The notes under the pieces were generated by a model. The model was not told where the DNA came from and searched no databases. It worked only from the letters and a program-made list of their open reading frames with translations. Shown here in pieces: positions 17,821-27,542 of a stretch of 64,000 bases of DNA; position 1 is the stretch's first letter, and each line of letters starts with the position of its first letter. Position numbers and translations under genes: made by a program. Source of the stretch: Candidatus Daviesbacteria bacterium (GTDB lineage: Bacteria; Patescibacteriota; Microgenomatia; Daviesbacterales; UBA10151); contig JACOXG010000012.1 in NCBI GenBank assembly GCA_016176405.1, forward strand, positions 2,217-66,216, written 5' to 3'.

Positions 17821-18156
17821 ATGAACAAAAGCTTGAGAGTCAAGAGACATAAAAAAATAAGGAAAAAGATTATGGGAACTAAAGATAGACCAAGGTTATC
17901 AGTTTTTAGATCCGGCAAACATATCTTTGCTCAGATTATCAATGATGCTGAGTCTAAAACGTTAGTCTCTGCCTCTGATTTAAACTTAGATAAATCAACC
18001 AAGAGCCAAAAAGCGTACGAGGTAGGGAAAAAATTAGCAGAAAAAGCTCTCAAGAAAAAGATCAAAGCAGTGGTATTTGATCGGGGAGGTTATCTTTATC
18101 ATGGTAGAGTATTAGAGCTAGCCAAAGGTGTCAGAGAAGGAGGGTTGGAATTTTAG
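17821..18156 (+). CDS. rplR: 50S ribosomal protein L18
   Basis: [39 protein letters not shown]...[27 protein letters not shown] matches L18. Confidence 0.92.
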   Translation: MNKSLRVKRHKKIRKKIMGTKDRPRLSVFRSGKHIFAQIINDAESKTLVSASDLNLDKSTKSQKAYEVGKKLAEKALKKKIKAVVFDRGGYLYHGRVLELAKGVREGGLEF

Positions 18157-18165
18157 GATAAGAAT

Positions 18166-18654
18166 ATGAACAATAAAAGACAAAACAAAGGATTGGAATA
18201 TAAAGGAGAAGAATCTGAATACTTTGAACGAGTAGTGCAAGTTAACAGGGTTTCTAAGAAAACCAAAGGAGGAGATAGAAGATCTCTTTCAGTGATTGTG
18301 GTGGTGGGGGATAGAAAGGGTAAAGTGGGAGTAGGTTTAGGTAAAGCTCAAGAAGTCCAATCAGCTGTCAAAAAGGCTACCAATTATGCCAAAAGACATA
18401 TGATAGATGTACCGTTAAAAGGGAGAACCATCCCACATCATATATTAGTTAAACTTGGGGCAGCCAGAGTCTTACTTAAACCTGCACCTGAGGGAACAGG
18501 AGTAATTGCAGGTGGGGCTGTCAGAGTGGTGGTTGAGGCAGCAGGAATTCATGATGTGGTTTCTAAAATTTTGGGTACAGAAAACCAGGCCTCAAATGTT
18601 TATGCCACACTAGAGGCTTTAAAAAGACTTAAAAAGGTAGAGGAGGTTGGATGA
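18166..18654 (+). CDS. rpsE: 30S ribosomal protein S5
   Basis: ERVVQVNRVSKKTKGGDRRSLSVIVVVGDRKGKVGVGLGKAQEV matches S5. It is followed directly by rplO with no L30 gene. Confidence 0.93.
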   Translation: MNNKRQNKGLEYKGEESEYFERVVQVNRVSKKTKGGDRRSLSVIVVVGDRKGKVGVGLGKAQEVQSAVKKATNYAKRHMIDVPLKGRTIPHHILVKLGAARVLLKPAPEGTGVIAGGAVRVVVEAAGIHDVVSKILGTENQASNVYATLEALKRLKKVEEVG

Positions 18655-19085
18655 AACTACATGAGGTAATCAAAGTAACTAGTAAACCTAAAAAACGTCT
18701 TGGCCGGGGGATAGGTTCTGGTAGAGGCAAAACTGCTGGTCGGGGCACCAAAGGACAAAAGGCGCGAGGCAAAATCCCTTTAAGATTTGCCGGTGGTTTA
18801 TCTTTATATAAAAAATTACCCTTAAGAAGAGGTTTGGGTAATCCTAAGCGCTCCCCTAGATATCATCTAATCACACTGAGCGATTTAAATTCATTTAAAA
18901 ATAAAGAAGTGGTGGGGATTGATGAACTGATCAAATCCAAAATAGTCAGTTCCAAAGAAGCAAAAAAGGGTGTTAAAGTTTTAGGAGTTGGAGAGATTAA
19001 AACCTCTTTAACTGTTAGACTGCCAGTGTCAAAAAGCGCCCAGGAAAAGATTGAGAAAAAAGGAGGCAAGATTGAATATGCCTAG
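18651..19085 (+). CDS. rplO: 50S ribosomal protein L15
   Basis: [40 protein letters not shown] matches L15. Confidence 0.92.
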   Translation: MKLHEVIKVTSKPKKRLGRGIGSGRGKTAGRGTKGQKARGKIPLRFAGGLSLYKKLPLRRGLGNPKRSPRYHLITLSDLNSFKNKEVVGIDELIKSKIVSSKEAKKGVKVLGVGEIKTSLTVRLPVSKSAQEKIEKKGGKIEYA

Positions 19086-20373
19086 TATATTACAACCAAT
19101 TTTAACTGCTTTTAAAATTGCCGAACTAAGAAGAAAAATTTTTATCACTATTTTGATTGTGGTAATTTTCAGAATTGTGGCTCATATTCCTGTTTCAGGA
19201 ATTGATTTGGTGGGACTGCAAGCGCTGTTTGCTTCTAATCAACTGCTAGGGCTTTTAGATATTTTCTCAGGTGGTACTTTGGTCAACTTTTCAGTAATTT
19301 CTTTAGGGCTTAATCCCTACATTAATGCTTCTATCATCATGCAACTTTTAACCATGATTATGCCCAAGCTGGAAGCTTTATCCAAAGAGGGAGAATATGG
19401 CAGACAAATTATTACTCAATACACCAGATATTTGACAATACCTTTGGCAGCTATTCAATCAATTGGGATGTTTGTACTTTTGAGAAATCAGGGATTACTA
19501 CCGGAAGTTTTACCTATTCAGATTGCGGCAATTGTGGTAGGGATGACTGCGGGAACTATTTTTTTAATGTGGTTAGGGGAACTTATCACTGAATATGGAA
19601 TTGGTAATGGCATTTCACTTTTAATTTTTGCAGGAATTGTCACCAGAATTCCAGTTGTTTTGACCCAGACTGCCACAGTTTTTGACCAGACTCAACTGTT
19701 TAACATTTTACTTTTTGCCATCTTTTCTATTTTGGTGATTGCCGCAGTGGTTTTTATTAATGAAGGCAGAAGACAAATTGCCGTGCATTATGCCAGAAGA
19801 TTTATGAGCGGTCGAGAGGGTATTGGTGATAAGACTTATTTGCCACTACGAGTTAATCAAGCTGGAGTCATCCCAATTATTTTTGCTGTTTCTTTGGTAT
19901 TAATCCCCTCGTTTGCAGGATCATATCTTGCTCAACTTCCCACCACTCAACTTAATTTTTTGGGAAGATGGCTCTCTCAAAACTTTACCCCCGATGGCTT
20001 CACTTATAATTTAGTTTACTTTTTATTAGTAGTTGGTTTTACCTTCTTTTATACGGCAGTCATTTTTAATCCGGCTAAAGTTTCTGAGGAAATTAAAAAA
20101 TATGGCGGATTTATACCCGGTATCAGACCGGGTACCCAGACAGCTGCTTTTCTAAGTTATATTATGGTCAGAATTACCTTGGCAGGAGCTTTATTTTTGG
20201 GCGCAATCGCCATCCTACCTTCAATTGCGGCTGGTCTGACTGGGGTAACAACTTTAATTTTAGGAGGAACAGGGCTTTTGATTGTGGTGTCAGTGATTAT
20301 GGATACTGCTAAACAATTTGAAAGTAAACTTGTGGAGAAAAGTTATGAAGTTTTTGCCAGAAGAAGGTTATAA
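19078..20373 (+). CDS. secY: preprotein translocase subunit SecY
   Basis: The ATG at 19078 lies 10 nt after an AAAGGAGG SD and overlaps the rplO stop. [26 protein letters not shown]. Ten TM segments. Plug motif [27 protein letters not shown]. Confidence 0.92.
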   Translation: MPSILQPILTAFKIAELRRKIFITILIVVIFRIVAHIPVSGIDLVGLQALFASNQLLGLLDIFSGGTLVNFSVISLGLNPYINASIIMQLLTMIMPKLEALSKEGEYGRQIITQYTRYLTIPLAAIQSIGMFVLLRNQGLLPEVLPIQIAAIVVGMTAGTIFLMWLGELITEYGIGNGISLLIFAGIVTRIPVVLTQTATVFDQTQLFNILLFAIFSILVIAAVVFINEGRRQIAVHYARRFMSGREGIGDKTYLPLRVNQAGVIPIIFAVSLVLIPSFAGSYLAQLPTTQLNFLGRWLSQNFTPDGFTYNLVYFLLVVGFTFFYTAVIFNPAKVSEEIKKYGGFIPGIRPGTQTAAFLSYIMVRITLAGALFLGAIAILPSIAAGLTGVTTLILGGTGLLIVVSVIMDTAKQFESKLVEKSYEVFARRRL

Positions 20374-20406
20374 GGACTAAAGTCTTTGCGATCCTTCGGA
20401 TCTAAA

Positions 20407-20468
20407 GGACCTGCTCGCACTTCACTATGGAATATTATAGTTCGTGCTCGCAGAACCTTGCCTTTTTA
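20407..20468 (+). repeat. family-2 hairpin repeat, copy B (intergenic secY-adk)
   Basis: ggacctgCTCGCACTTCACtatggaatattataGTTCGTGCTCGCAGaaccttgccttttt. Matches 13062-13116 and the reverse complement of 49591-49645. Confidence 0.7.
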
Positions 20469-20507
20469 ATTCTAAGGCAATTATATTTTTAAGGAGGAAT
20501 TAAAAAC

Positions 20508-21038
20508 GTGAAAATACTTTTTATTGGTCCGCAAGGTTCAGGGAAATCAACTCAAGCCAAACTATTGGCTAAATATTTAAAGATTACTTATCTCTCAACT
20601 GGGGATATTTTCCGAAAGATATCTTTGGAGAAAAGTAGCGCAGAAGGACAAAGAATTAGACATCTTTTGGAATCTGGTCATTTGGTTGACGATGAAACAA
20701 CGGCTGAGATTGTTAAAAAAAGAGTCACAGAGGAAGATTGTCAAAATGGGTTTATTTTAGATGGTTATCCTAGAAATTTAAATCAAGTTCAGTTATTTGA
20801 TCCGGGTTTTGACCAAGCCATTTTTTTAAATGTACCAGCAGAACAAGTAATAGAGAGATTAACCAAAAGAGGAAGAGCAGATGATACCCCAGAGCTAATT
20901 AAAAAAAGATTAGAGCTATACTTTAATGAAACCCAACCTATCTTAAATTATTATCGAAAGCTAGGCAAGTTAATTGAGATTGATGGTCAAGGAGAAATAG
21001 ATCAAATACAAAATAAGATTAGAGATGAAATCTCGTAA
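20508..21038 (+). CDS. adk: adenylate kinase (short form without zinc LID)
   Basis: GTG start after an AAGGAGG SD. ILFIGPQGSGKSTQAKLLAKYL...FILDGYPRNLNQVQ. Confidence 0.9.
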   Translation: MKILFIGPQGSGKSTQAKLLAKYLKITYLSTGDIFRKISLEKSSAEGQRIRHLLESGHLVDDETTAEIVKKRVTEEDCQNGFILDGYPRNLNQVQLFDPGFDQAIFLNVPAEQVIERLTKRGRADDTPELIKKRLELYFNETQPILNYYRKLGKLIEIDGQGEIDQIQNKIRDEIS

Positions 21039-21780
21039 TAAGTATGAATTAAATTTGATGAGGAAAAGTGGTCTAATTTCGGCAAAAGCTTTAAAGAAGG
21101 TTTTGGATAATATCAGATTGGGAATCAGTGGACTTGAGTTGGATCGGGTTGCTGAAAAAACTATAACTCAATTGGGAGGGGAGGCATCTTTTAAAACAGT
21201 GCCTCAGTATCATTGGACGTCTTGTATCACCATCAATGAACAAGTGGTACACGGTATCCCCACTGAAAGAAAGATTAACAAGGGAGATTTGGTCAGTATT
21301 GATTTGGGAGCAGTCTATAAAGGTTGGCACACGGACTGCGCCTGGACAGTATTGGTGGGAAAGGATGGGCAAGAAAAAAGGAAATTTTTACAAGTAGGAG
21401 AGCAGGCTTTATGGGATGGAGTAGAACAAGCAGTAGATGGAAAAAGAATTGGTGATATTTCATCTGCAATTCAAAATAGGGTAGAAAGTGCAGGATATTT
21501 TGTAGTAAGAGCATTGGTAGGGCATGGAGTGGGAAAAAGTTTACATGAAGAACCAGAGGTGCCAGGTTATGGAAGTCAAGGAACGGGTCTTAAATTAAAA
21601 AAGGGGATGAGTTTGGCAATTGAGACCATTTATGCTAAAGGTACCTCGGAGGTAGTTTTAGAAAAGGATGGATGGACTTATTCTTCTGCGGATGGCTCTT
21701 GGGCAGGACTTTTCGAGATGACGGTGATTGTAGGGAAAGAAAGGGGGGAAGTTTTAACAGATTGGCGAAACATCCCATAG
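21025..21780 (+). CDS. map: type I methionine aminopeptidase
   Basis: CITINEQVVHGIP...DLVSIDLGAVYKGWHTDCAWT...HGVGKSLHEEPEVP...ETIYA are metal-ligand motifs. Confidence 0.9.
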   Translation: MKSRNKYELNLMRKSGLISAKALKKVLDNIRLGISGLELDRVAEKTITQLGGEASFKTVPQYHWTSCITINEQVVHGIPTERKINKGDLVSIDLGAVYKGWHTDCAWTVLVGKDGQEKRKFLQVGEQALWDGVEQAVDGKRIGDISSAIQNRVESAGYFVVRALVGHGVGKSLHEEPEVPGYGSQGTGLKLKKGMSLAIETIYAKGTSEVVLEKDGWTYSSADGSWAGLFEMTVIVGKERGEVLTDWRNIP

Positions 21781-21825
21781 TTGACGGATTGAACATAATT
21801 TGTTAAACTAACAGTTTATAAATAA

Positions 21826-22068
21826 ATGATACAAGATGTAATTGAAATAGAGGGTAAGGTTGTGGAAGTTTTACCTAATACTTTATTTAGAGTTGAAATT
21901 GAGGAAAGTCGCGATCTGCCTGAACTGGTAGGCAGAGTCATCTTGTGTCATATATCAGGCAAGATGAGAATGCACTATATTAGGCTTTTGGAAGGAGATA
22001 AAGTTAGAATAGAGATGAGTCCGAAATATGATTTGGATAAAGGAAGGATAACATTTAGAATAAAGTGA
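21826..22068 (+). CDS. infA: translation initiation factor IF-1 (with a ~12-aa internal insertion)
   Basis: [18 protein letters not shown]...[36 protein letters not shown]. An [12 protein letters not shown] insertion lies in the S1-like fold. Confidence 0.88.
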   Translation: MIQDVIEIEGKVVEVLPNTLFRVEIEESRDLPELVGRVILCHISGKMRMHYIRLLEGDKVRIEMSPKYDLDKGRITFRIK

Positions 22069-22076
22069 CACGAAGT

Positions 22077-22181
22077 GTCATCCTGAACGAAGTGAAGGAT
22101 CTGATTACGAGGGAGATCCTTCGACTCGCTTCGCTCGCTCAGGATGACAGAAAAATTTAAGAAATTATAATTTTTCTGTCA
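22077..22181 (+). repeat. family-1 palindromic repeat element, copy 2 (intergenic infA-rpmJ), long form with extra inverted arm
   Basis: tgtcatcctgaacgaagtgaaggatc ...gatccttcgactcgcttcgctcgctcaggatgaca + hairpin TGACAGAAAAATT-taagaaattata-AATTTTTCTGTCA. Confidence 0.8.
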
Positions 22182-22188
22182 ACTAACA

Positions 22189-22305
22189 ATGAAAGTACAA
22201 GCAAGTATTAAAACAAGATGTAAGTTTTGCAAAATCGTTAAACGCGAGGGTATCTTGTACGTGATCTGTCCAAGAGATCCAAGACACAAGCAGAGACAAG
22301 GATAA
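22189..22305 (+). CDS. rpmJ: 50S ribosomal protein L36
   Basis: Manual translation gives [38 protein letters not shown] (38 aa). It is below the ORF-track cutoff. Canonical position between infA and rpsM. Confidence 0.88.
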   Translation: MKVQASIKTRCKFCKIVKREGILYVICPRDPRHKQRQG

Positions 22306-22340
22306 AATACTTGTCCTGAGCGACTGAAAGGAGTCGAAGG

Positions 22341-22802
22341 ATGGCTAGAATTGCAGGAGTTGATTTACCAGAAAATAAAAGAGTTGATATTGGTTTAACC
22401 TATATCTTTGGGATAGGTAGATCCAATGTGATTCAGATTATAAAAAAAACAGGTATTGATGAAACAAAAAGAGTAAAAGATTTAACAGAGGAAGAAATTA
22501 ATAAATTACAAAAGGCTGTTGAGGAATTTAAAGTAGAGGGAGATTTATCCAGAGAAATTGAGCAAAATATTAAGAGATTAGAAGAAACTGGAAGCTATAG
22601 GGGAATCAGACATAGAAGGGGATTACCTGTCAGAGGGCAAAGGACTAAATCTAATGCTAGAACAAAACGAGGTAAAAGAAAAACAGTTGGGACAGTCAGG
22701 AAAGAGGCTGCGGCCAAAATGGGCGCTCCATCTGTTGTAGCTGGACCGACTAAAGAGGCTCAACCTCAAGTGAGCAAAGAAGTGGCCAAGGAAGGGGTAT
22801 AA
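22341..22802 (+). CDS. rpsM: 30S ribosomal protein S13 with a C-terminal extension
   Basis: [30 protein letters not shown]...[24 protein letters not shown] matches S13. The RBS and ATG are embedded in a family-1 repeat arm. Confidence 0.92.
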   Translation: MARIAGVDLPENKRVDIGLTYIFGIGRSNVIQIIKKTGIDETKRVKDLTEEEINKLQKAVEEFKVEGDLSREIEQNIKRLEETGSYRGIRHRRGLPVRGQRTKSNARTKRGKRKTVGTVRKEAAAKMGAPSVVAGPTKEAQPQVSKEVAKEGV

Positions 22803-22848
22803 TCGCAAGATTACATCTTGCTCTTGTAACTCAGAAAGTTATAAAACT

Positions 22849-23241
22849 ATGGCAAAAAAAATAAAAAAGATAACTAAAAAGGTAGGAGAGAAAAAACTCA
22901 CATCAGGTAGAGTCTATGTAACAGCTACCTTCAACAATACCCTGGTCACTTTAACAGATAGTGCTGGAAATACTCTGGCTTGGGGATCTTCTGGAAACTC
23001 CGGTTTTAAAGGGGCCAGAAAAGCCACTCCATTTGCTGCAATTTCTGCCATGGAAAATGTCGCCCAAAAAGCTAAGGGTTTAGGCATGAATAGTTGTGAA
23101 GTTTATATTAAGGGACCAGGACCTGGACGAGATGCCACTATTAGGGCTTTAAGAAGTGCTGGTATTAATATTACCATGATTGCTGATGTGACACCTATTC
23201 CGCATAATGGTCCCAGACCTAAGAAAAGGAGACGCGTCTAA
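22849..23241 (+). CDS. rpsK: 30S ribosomal protein S11
   Basis: GRVYVTATFNNTLVTLTDSAGNTLAWGSSGNSGFKGARKATPFAA...GPGPGRDATIRAL matches S11. Confidence 0.93.
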   Translation: MAKKIKKITKKVGEKKLTSGRVYVTATFNNTLVTLTDSAGNTLAWGSSGNSGFKGARKATPFAAISAMENVAQKAKGLGMNSCEVYIKGPGPGRDATIRALRSAGINITMIADVTPIPHNGPRPKKRRRV

Positions 23242-23843
23242 TGGCCCGCTACATCGGTCCAAAAAGAAGATTATCTAGAAGAGAAGGATTGGCTCTTTTT
23301 GGAAAAGATGCCAAGATCTTAGAGAGAAAAGGAGCTATTCCACCTGGTCAACACGGACTGCGAACAAGAAGAAGAGTATCAGAATATGGTTTGCAACTTC
23401 GGGAAAAACAAAAGGCCAAAAGAATGTTTGGTATTTTAGAAAAACAATTTAAGAAATATTTCAATGAGGCCTCCCGCTTTAGAGGGTCAACCGGCTTGAA
23501 AATACTTGAGCTTTTGGAAAGTAGATTGGATAATATAGTATATAGGTTGGGATTTACCCAAAGCAGAATGCAAGCCAGACAGCTGATTTCACACGGGCAT
23601 ATTAGATTAGACGGCAAGAAAATCAATATTCCCTCTCATCATGTTAAAGAGGGACAAACTATTGCATTATCCGAGAAATTAAGCGATAATACACAGATTA
23701 AAAAGGCTCTTTCGGATAATCAAACCTTGCCAGAGTGGCTAAAAAGAGAAGCTACTTTAGGCAAGGTTTTAAGAATGCCTGAAAGGAGCGAGATGGAACA
23801 ATCAATTGATGAACAGTTGATTGTAGAATATTATTCTCGTTAA
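23241..23843 (+). CDS. rpsD: 30S ribosomal protein S4
   Basis: MARYIGPKRRLSRREGLALFGK...LDNIVYRLGFTQSRMQARQLISHGHIRLDGKKINIPSH matches S4. Confidence 0.93.
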   Translation: MARYIGPKRRLSRREGLALFGKDAKILERKGAIPPGQHGLRTRRRVSEYGLQLREKQKAKRMFGILEKQFKKYFNEASRFRGSTGLKILELLESRLDNIVYRLGFTQSRMQARQLISHGHIRLDGKKINIPSHHVKEGQTIALSEKLSDNTQIKKALSDNQTLPEWLKREATLGKVLRMPERSEMEQSIDEQLIVEYYSR

Positions 23844-23848
23844 TTATT

Positions 23849-24751
23849 ATGTTTAAAATTAAGACAGAAAACGAAAAAGAAAATTATGCCAAACTTTCAA
23901 TTGAACCTTTAGAGGCGGGTTTTGGTCATACTTTGGGAAATAGTTTAAGACGAGTGCTCTTAACAGCCCTGCCTGGCTCAGCGGTTACCTCAGTCAAAAT
24001 TGATGGAGTAGCCCACCAGTTTTCTACTATTGAGGGAGTTTTGGAAGATGTGATAGGAATAATTTTGAATATTAAAAAAATCAGACTGAATGTTTTTTCG
24101 GATGAACCAATTAAATTAGTACTGAAAGCTTCTGGCAAAAAAGAAATTAAGGCTAAAGATTTTGATATTGTAGGTGATGGTGAAATTGCCAATCCCGAAT
24201 CTCACATAGCCACTTTGACAAATTCTTCATCAAAACTAAATATGGAACTAACCGCAGAAAAAGGTAAAGGATATTCCATATCTGATGAGCGAAAAGGAGG
24301 AGAGATAGGAGTGATTGCAGTCGATGCCCTATTTACTCCGGTTACGGCTGTCAATTATGCAGTAGAACCAACCCGGGTGGGTAGAAGAAGTGATTTTGAT
24401 AAACTAATTTTGGAAATTACCACTGATGGAACTATTACTCCACAGGATGCTTTAAATGAGGCTTCGAAAATTTTATCTGAGACCTTCCATAAGGTTTATG
24501 AACCAGATAAGGAAGAAGAAGTTGAAGCAGCTCCAAAAATTTCCGATGAAGTTTTGAAATTGACAGTTGAAGAACTTGATCTACCGGTTAGAATTACCAA
24601 TGCCTTAAAAGCCATTGAAATAAATTCTGTGGAAGATTTAATCAATATTCCAAAAAGCCAACTTTTGAAGGCCAAAAATTTGGGTGTCAAATCTTTAAGT
24701 TTAATCTCCGAAAAGCTTTTGGAGAGGGGGTTGTCTTTGCGTGAGGCATAG
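23849..24751 (+). CDS. rpoA: DNA-directed RNA polymerase subunit alpha
   Basis: IEPLEAGFGHTLGNSLRRVLL NTD and alpha-CTD ...LDLPVRITNALKAIEINSVEDL. Confidence 0.93.
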   Translation: MFKIKTENEKENYAKLSIEPLEAGFGHTLGNSLRRVLLTALPGSAVTSVKIDGVAHQFSTIEGVLEDVIGIILNIKKIRLNVFSDEPIKLVLKASGKKEIKAKDFDIVGDGEIANPESHIATLTNSSSKLNMELTAEKGKGYSISDERKGGEIGVIAVDALFTPVTAVNYAVEPTRVGRRSDFDKLILEITTDGTITPQDALNEASKILSETFHKVYEPDKEEEVEAAPKISDEVLKLTVEELDLPVRITNALKAIEINSVEDLINIPKSQLLKAKNLGVKSLSLISEKLLERGLSLREA

Positions 24752-25247
24752 AGTTTATGGCAAAAAACTTGGCAGAAATAAAGATGAAAGAGATACACTA
24801 TTTAAAAGTTTAGTGCGCTCCCTTTTTACCTACGGAACTATTCAAACATCTGAAACTAAAGCAAAAGCCATTAAAGGATTAGTTGATAAGGTGATTAATT
24901 TGGCAAAGGAAAAAAATGAGCAAAGGCTTCAATCCTTTTTAATAGATAAAAACTTAAGGGAAAGACTCATTAAAGAAATTGTCCCCAAGGTTGGGAATCG
25001 TTCTTCAGGTTATACTTCTTTGGTGAAATTGGGTACTAGATTAGGAGATCAAACCATGATGGTGAAAATGAGTTTGATTGGAGTAGAGGAATTGGAGCCA
25101 GTTAAGGTAGAGGTATCAAAGGAAACAAAGGTATCAAAAGTATCAAAGGTGAAATCAGTTAGCAAATCGTCTAAAGAAAAGGTAGAAAAACAAAAAATAA
25201 ATAATAGAAAACCTATGAAAAGAGTTGCAAAAAGGATTAAAAAATAA
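24741..25247 (+). CDS. rplQ: 50S ribosomal protein L17 with a Lys/Val/Ser-rich C-terminal extension
   Basis: MRHRVYGKKLGRNKDERDTLFKSLVRSLFTYGTIQTSETKAKAIKGLVDK matches L17. The tail KVSKVSKVKSVSKSSKEK is encoded by tandem gtatcaaag repeats. Confidence 0.9.
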   Translation: MRHRVYGKKLGRNKDERDTLFKSLVRSLFTYGTIQTSETKAKAIKGLVDKVINLAKEKNEQRLQSFLIDKNLRERLIKEIVPKVGNRSSGYTSLVKLGTRLGDQTMMVKMSLIGVEELEPVKVEVSKETKVSKVSKVKSVSKSSKEKVEKQKINNRKPMKRVAKRIKK

Positions 25248-25250
25248 AAT

Positions 25251-25679
25251 ATGGGAACTAATGTATTTTCAGCAAAAGATATAAAAAGAGGGTGGTATCT
25301 GATTGATGCTAAAGACCAAATATTGGGCAGGTTAGCCACACAAGTAGCCCGCCTTTTGATGGGCAAACAAAAACCCCAGTTCGTCCCCTATTTAGATACT
25401 GGTGATTTTGTGGTGGTGGTGAATGCAGGTAAAGTTAAGGTGAGTGGTAAAAAGGCCATGCAAAAACAATATGTTCACCATTCAGGCTATCCAGGTGGCT
25501 TAAAACAAGAGAGTTTTGATAAACTTCTTCAAAGAAAACCCAACTTTATTATAGAACATGCTGTTAAAGGGATGTTACCTAAAAATAAATTGGGAAAAAA
25601 AATGATAAAAAAGTTAAAGGTTTTTGCAGATGAAAATCATCCCTTTAAAAAACAACTGGAATTAAAGGAGAATAAGTAA
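25251..25679 (+). CDS. rplM: 50S ribosomal protein L13
   Basis: [54 protein letters not shown] matches L13. Confidence 0.93.
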   Translation: MGTNVFSAKDIKRGWYLIDAKDQILGRLATQVARLLMGKQKPQFVPYLDTGDFVVVVNAGKVKVSGKKAMQKQYVHHSGYPGGLKQESFDKLLQRKPNFIIEHAVKGMLPKNKLGKKMIKKLKVFADENHPFKKQLELKENK

Positions 25680-26098
25680 TGGAAGAAGTTAAAAAAATCA
25701 AAAACAATGGAGAGATTGTATATGCTGTAGGAAGGAGAAAAGAGGCTTTGGCTAGAGTCAGATTGTCAAAGGGTAATGGCCAAATTATGGTTAATGGTAA
25801 ACCAATTGGTGAATATTTTTCCTCTTTTATTTCTCAAAAAATTTACTCAAAACCTTTAGAGATTACCAAAACTTTAAATAAGTATCATATTTCTATTAAA
25901 GTTGAAGGTGGGGGAAGGAATGCTCAGTTGGAAGCAGTAGTTCATGGAATTTCCAGAGCTTTATCCAAAACAGATGGCAGTTTAAGACCAATTCTTAAAA
26001 AAGAAAAGTTTCTAACCAGAGATGCCAGGGTTAAAGAAAGAAGAAAATATGGTAATGCAGGAAAAGCCAGGGCCAAAAAACAATCTCCAAAACGTTAA
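25679..26098 (+). CDS. rpsI: 30S ribosomal protein S9
   Basis: YAVGRRKEALARVRLSKGNGQIMVNGKP...GGGRNAQLEAVVHGISRAL...RDARVKERRKYG matches S9. Confidence 0.93.
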   Translation: MEEVKKIKNNGEIVYAVGRRKEALARVRLSKGNGQIMVNGKPIGEYFSSFISQKIYSKPLEITKTLNKYHISIKVEGGGRNAQLEAVVHGISRALSKTDGSLRPILKKEKFLTRDARVKERRKYGNAGKARAKKQSPKR

Positions 26099-26129
26099 TC
26101 GAACTTCATGGTAAAATAAATAGCAATCT

Positions 26130-27542
26130 ATGGATTTACCCCCTGAGAAGATTTTTAAAAGTTATGATATTAGAGGAATTTATCCTGATCAGTTAAATGA
26201 ACAATTTGCCATCCCCATTACCAAAGCCATTTATAAACTTATTTCTGATCAACTAAATACCACTAAACCTCTCACTATTGCCGTAGGACGTGATATGAGA
26301 TTATCTTCTCCTGCTATTTTTGAGGCAGTTTCTAAAACTTTGGTGGAATTAGGTACAGAAGTGATTGATTTAGGAATTGTTTCCACCCCCACTTTTTATT
26401 TTGCAGTTTATAAATTTGGATATGACGGTGGGATTCAAATCACTGCCTCGCATAATCCCAAAGAGTATAACGGTTTAAAGATTGTTAGAAAATCGAAAAG
26501 TGGACTTATCAAAATTGGTAAAAATACTGGTATGGAAGATATTAAGAAAATGAGTAGAGAAGGGGTGGATATTGTTGCTCGAGGAAAAGGCAGTATTACC
26601 AAAAAAGAAGGGGTAGCTGAAGAAGAGGTACAAAATGCTTTAAAAATTGCAGGCTATCCTAATATTAAAAAATTTAAAATTGTGGCGGATGCAGCAAATG
26701 CCTTAGGAGCTTTATATATTGATGCTTTATTTAAAGCTATCCCTGGGGATTTAATAAAAATGAATTTTGAGCTAGATGGTACTTTTCCAGCTCACCCGGC
26801 AGATCCACTTATACCAGAAACTTTAAAAGATTTACAAAAAAAAGTTTTGGAGGAAAAAGCAGATTTTGGACTGGCCCCGGATGGAGATGGGGACAGATTA
26901 ATTTTTATTGATGAAAAAGGCCAAATCATTCCTGCCTCTTTGATCACTGCTTTGGTGGCCAAAGAGATACTATCCGAGAAAAAAGGGGAAACTATTCTTT
27001 TTGATATTCGCTATATTTTAACTCCTAAAAAAATTGTTGAGGAATACCAAGGTAAATATGAAATTACCAAAGTGGGACATGCTTTTATTACAGAAAAAAT
27101 GCACCAAACAGGTGGGATTTTTGCCGGTGAATCATCCGCCCATTATTTTTTTAGAGAGACTGGTAATGCTGAATCACAACTACCAATAATTTTAATAGTT
27201 CTTAAAGTAATGAGCCGCGAAAATAAATTAATTTCAGAGATTGTCGGATCGCTAAAGAGGAGTCATGAATCAGGGGAGATTAATTTCAGGGTGAAAAATG
27301 GCTTGGAAATAATCGAGGCTTTAAAGGAGAAATATTCGGATGCAGAAATTAGTGAATTGGATGGGATAGCAGTATCTTATAAAGACTGGCGATTTTCCAT
27401 TAGAACATCTAACACCGAACCATTGCTTCGTCTTAATGTTGAACATATTGGAAAAGAAGATTTGGAGGGTAAAACTCAAGAGATAATTGAGGAAATCAAA
27501 AAGCATGCAGTGTTTGAGGGTCCTTCGACAAACTCAGGATGA
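26130..27542 (+). CDS. phosphoglucomutase/phosphomannomutase family protein
   Basis: YDIRGIYP...ITASHNPKEYNGLKIV (active-site Ser)...APDGDGDRLIFID...GESSAHYFF. The last 8 codons and the stop lie inside a family-1 repeat copy. Confidence 0.88.
   Translation: MDLPPEKIFKSYDIRGIYPDQLNEQFAIPITKAIYKLISDQLNTTKPLTIAVGRDMRLSSPAIFEAVSKTLVELGTEVIDLGIVSTPTFYFAVYKFGYDGGIQITASHNPKEYNGLKIVRKSKSGLIKIGKNTGMEDIKKMSREGVDIVARGKGSITKKEGVAEEEVQNALKIAGYPNIKKFKIVADAANALGALYIDALFKAIPGDLIKMNFELDGTFPAHPADPLIPETLKDLQKKVLEEKADFGLAPDGDGDRLIFIDEKGQIIPASLITALVAKEILSEKKGETILFDIRYILTPKKIVEEYQGKYEITKVGHAFITEKMHQTGGIFAGESSAHYFFRETGNAESQLPIILIVLKVMSRENKLISEIVGSLKRSHESGEINFRVKNGLEIIEALKEKYSDAEISELDGIAVSYKDWRFSIRTSNTEPLLRLNVEHIGKEDLEGKTQEIIEEIKKHAVFEGPSTNSG

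Noticed and set aside
25100-25160. Short tandem repeats (gtatcaaag x3) considered as a possible CRISPR or satellite
   Set aside because: They sit inside the rplQ ORF and encode the KVSKVSKV low-complexity tail. There is no spacer-repeat architecture and there are no cas genes.
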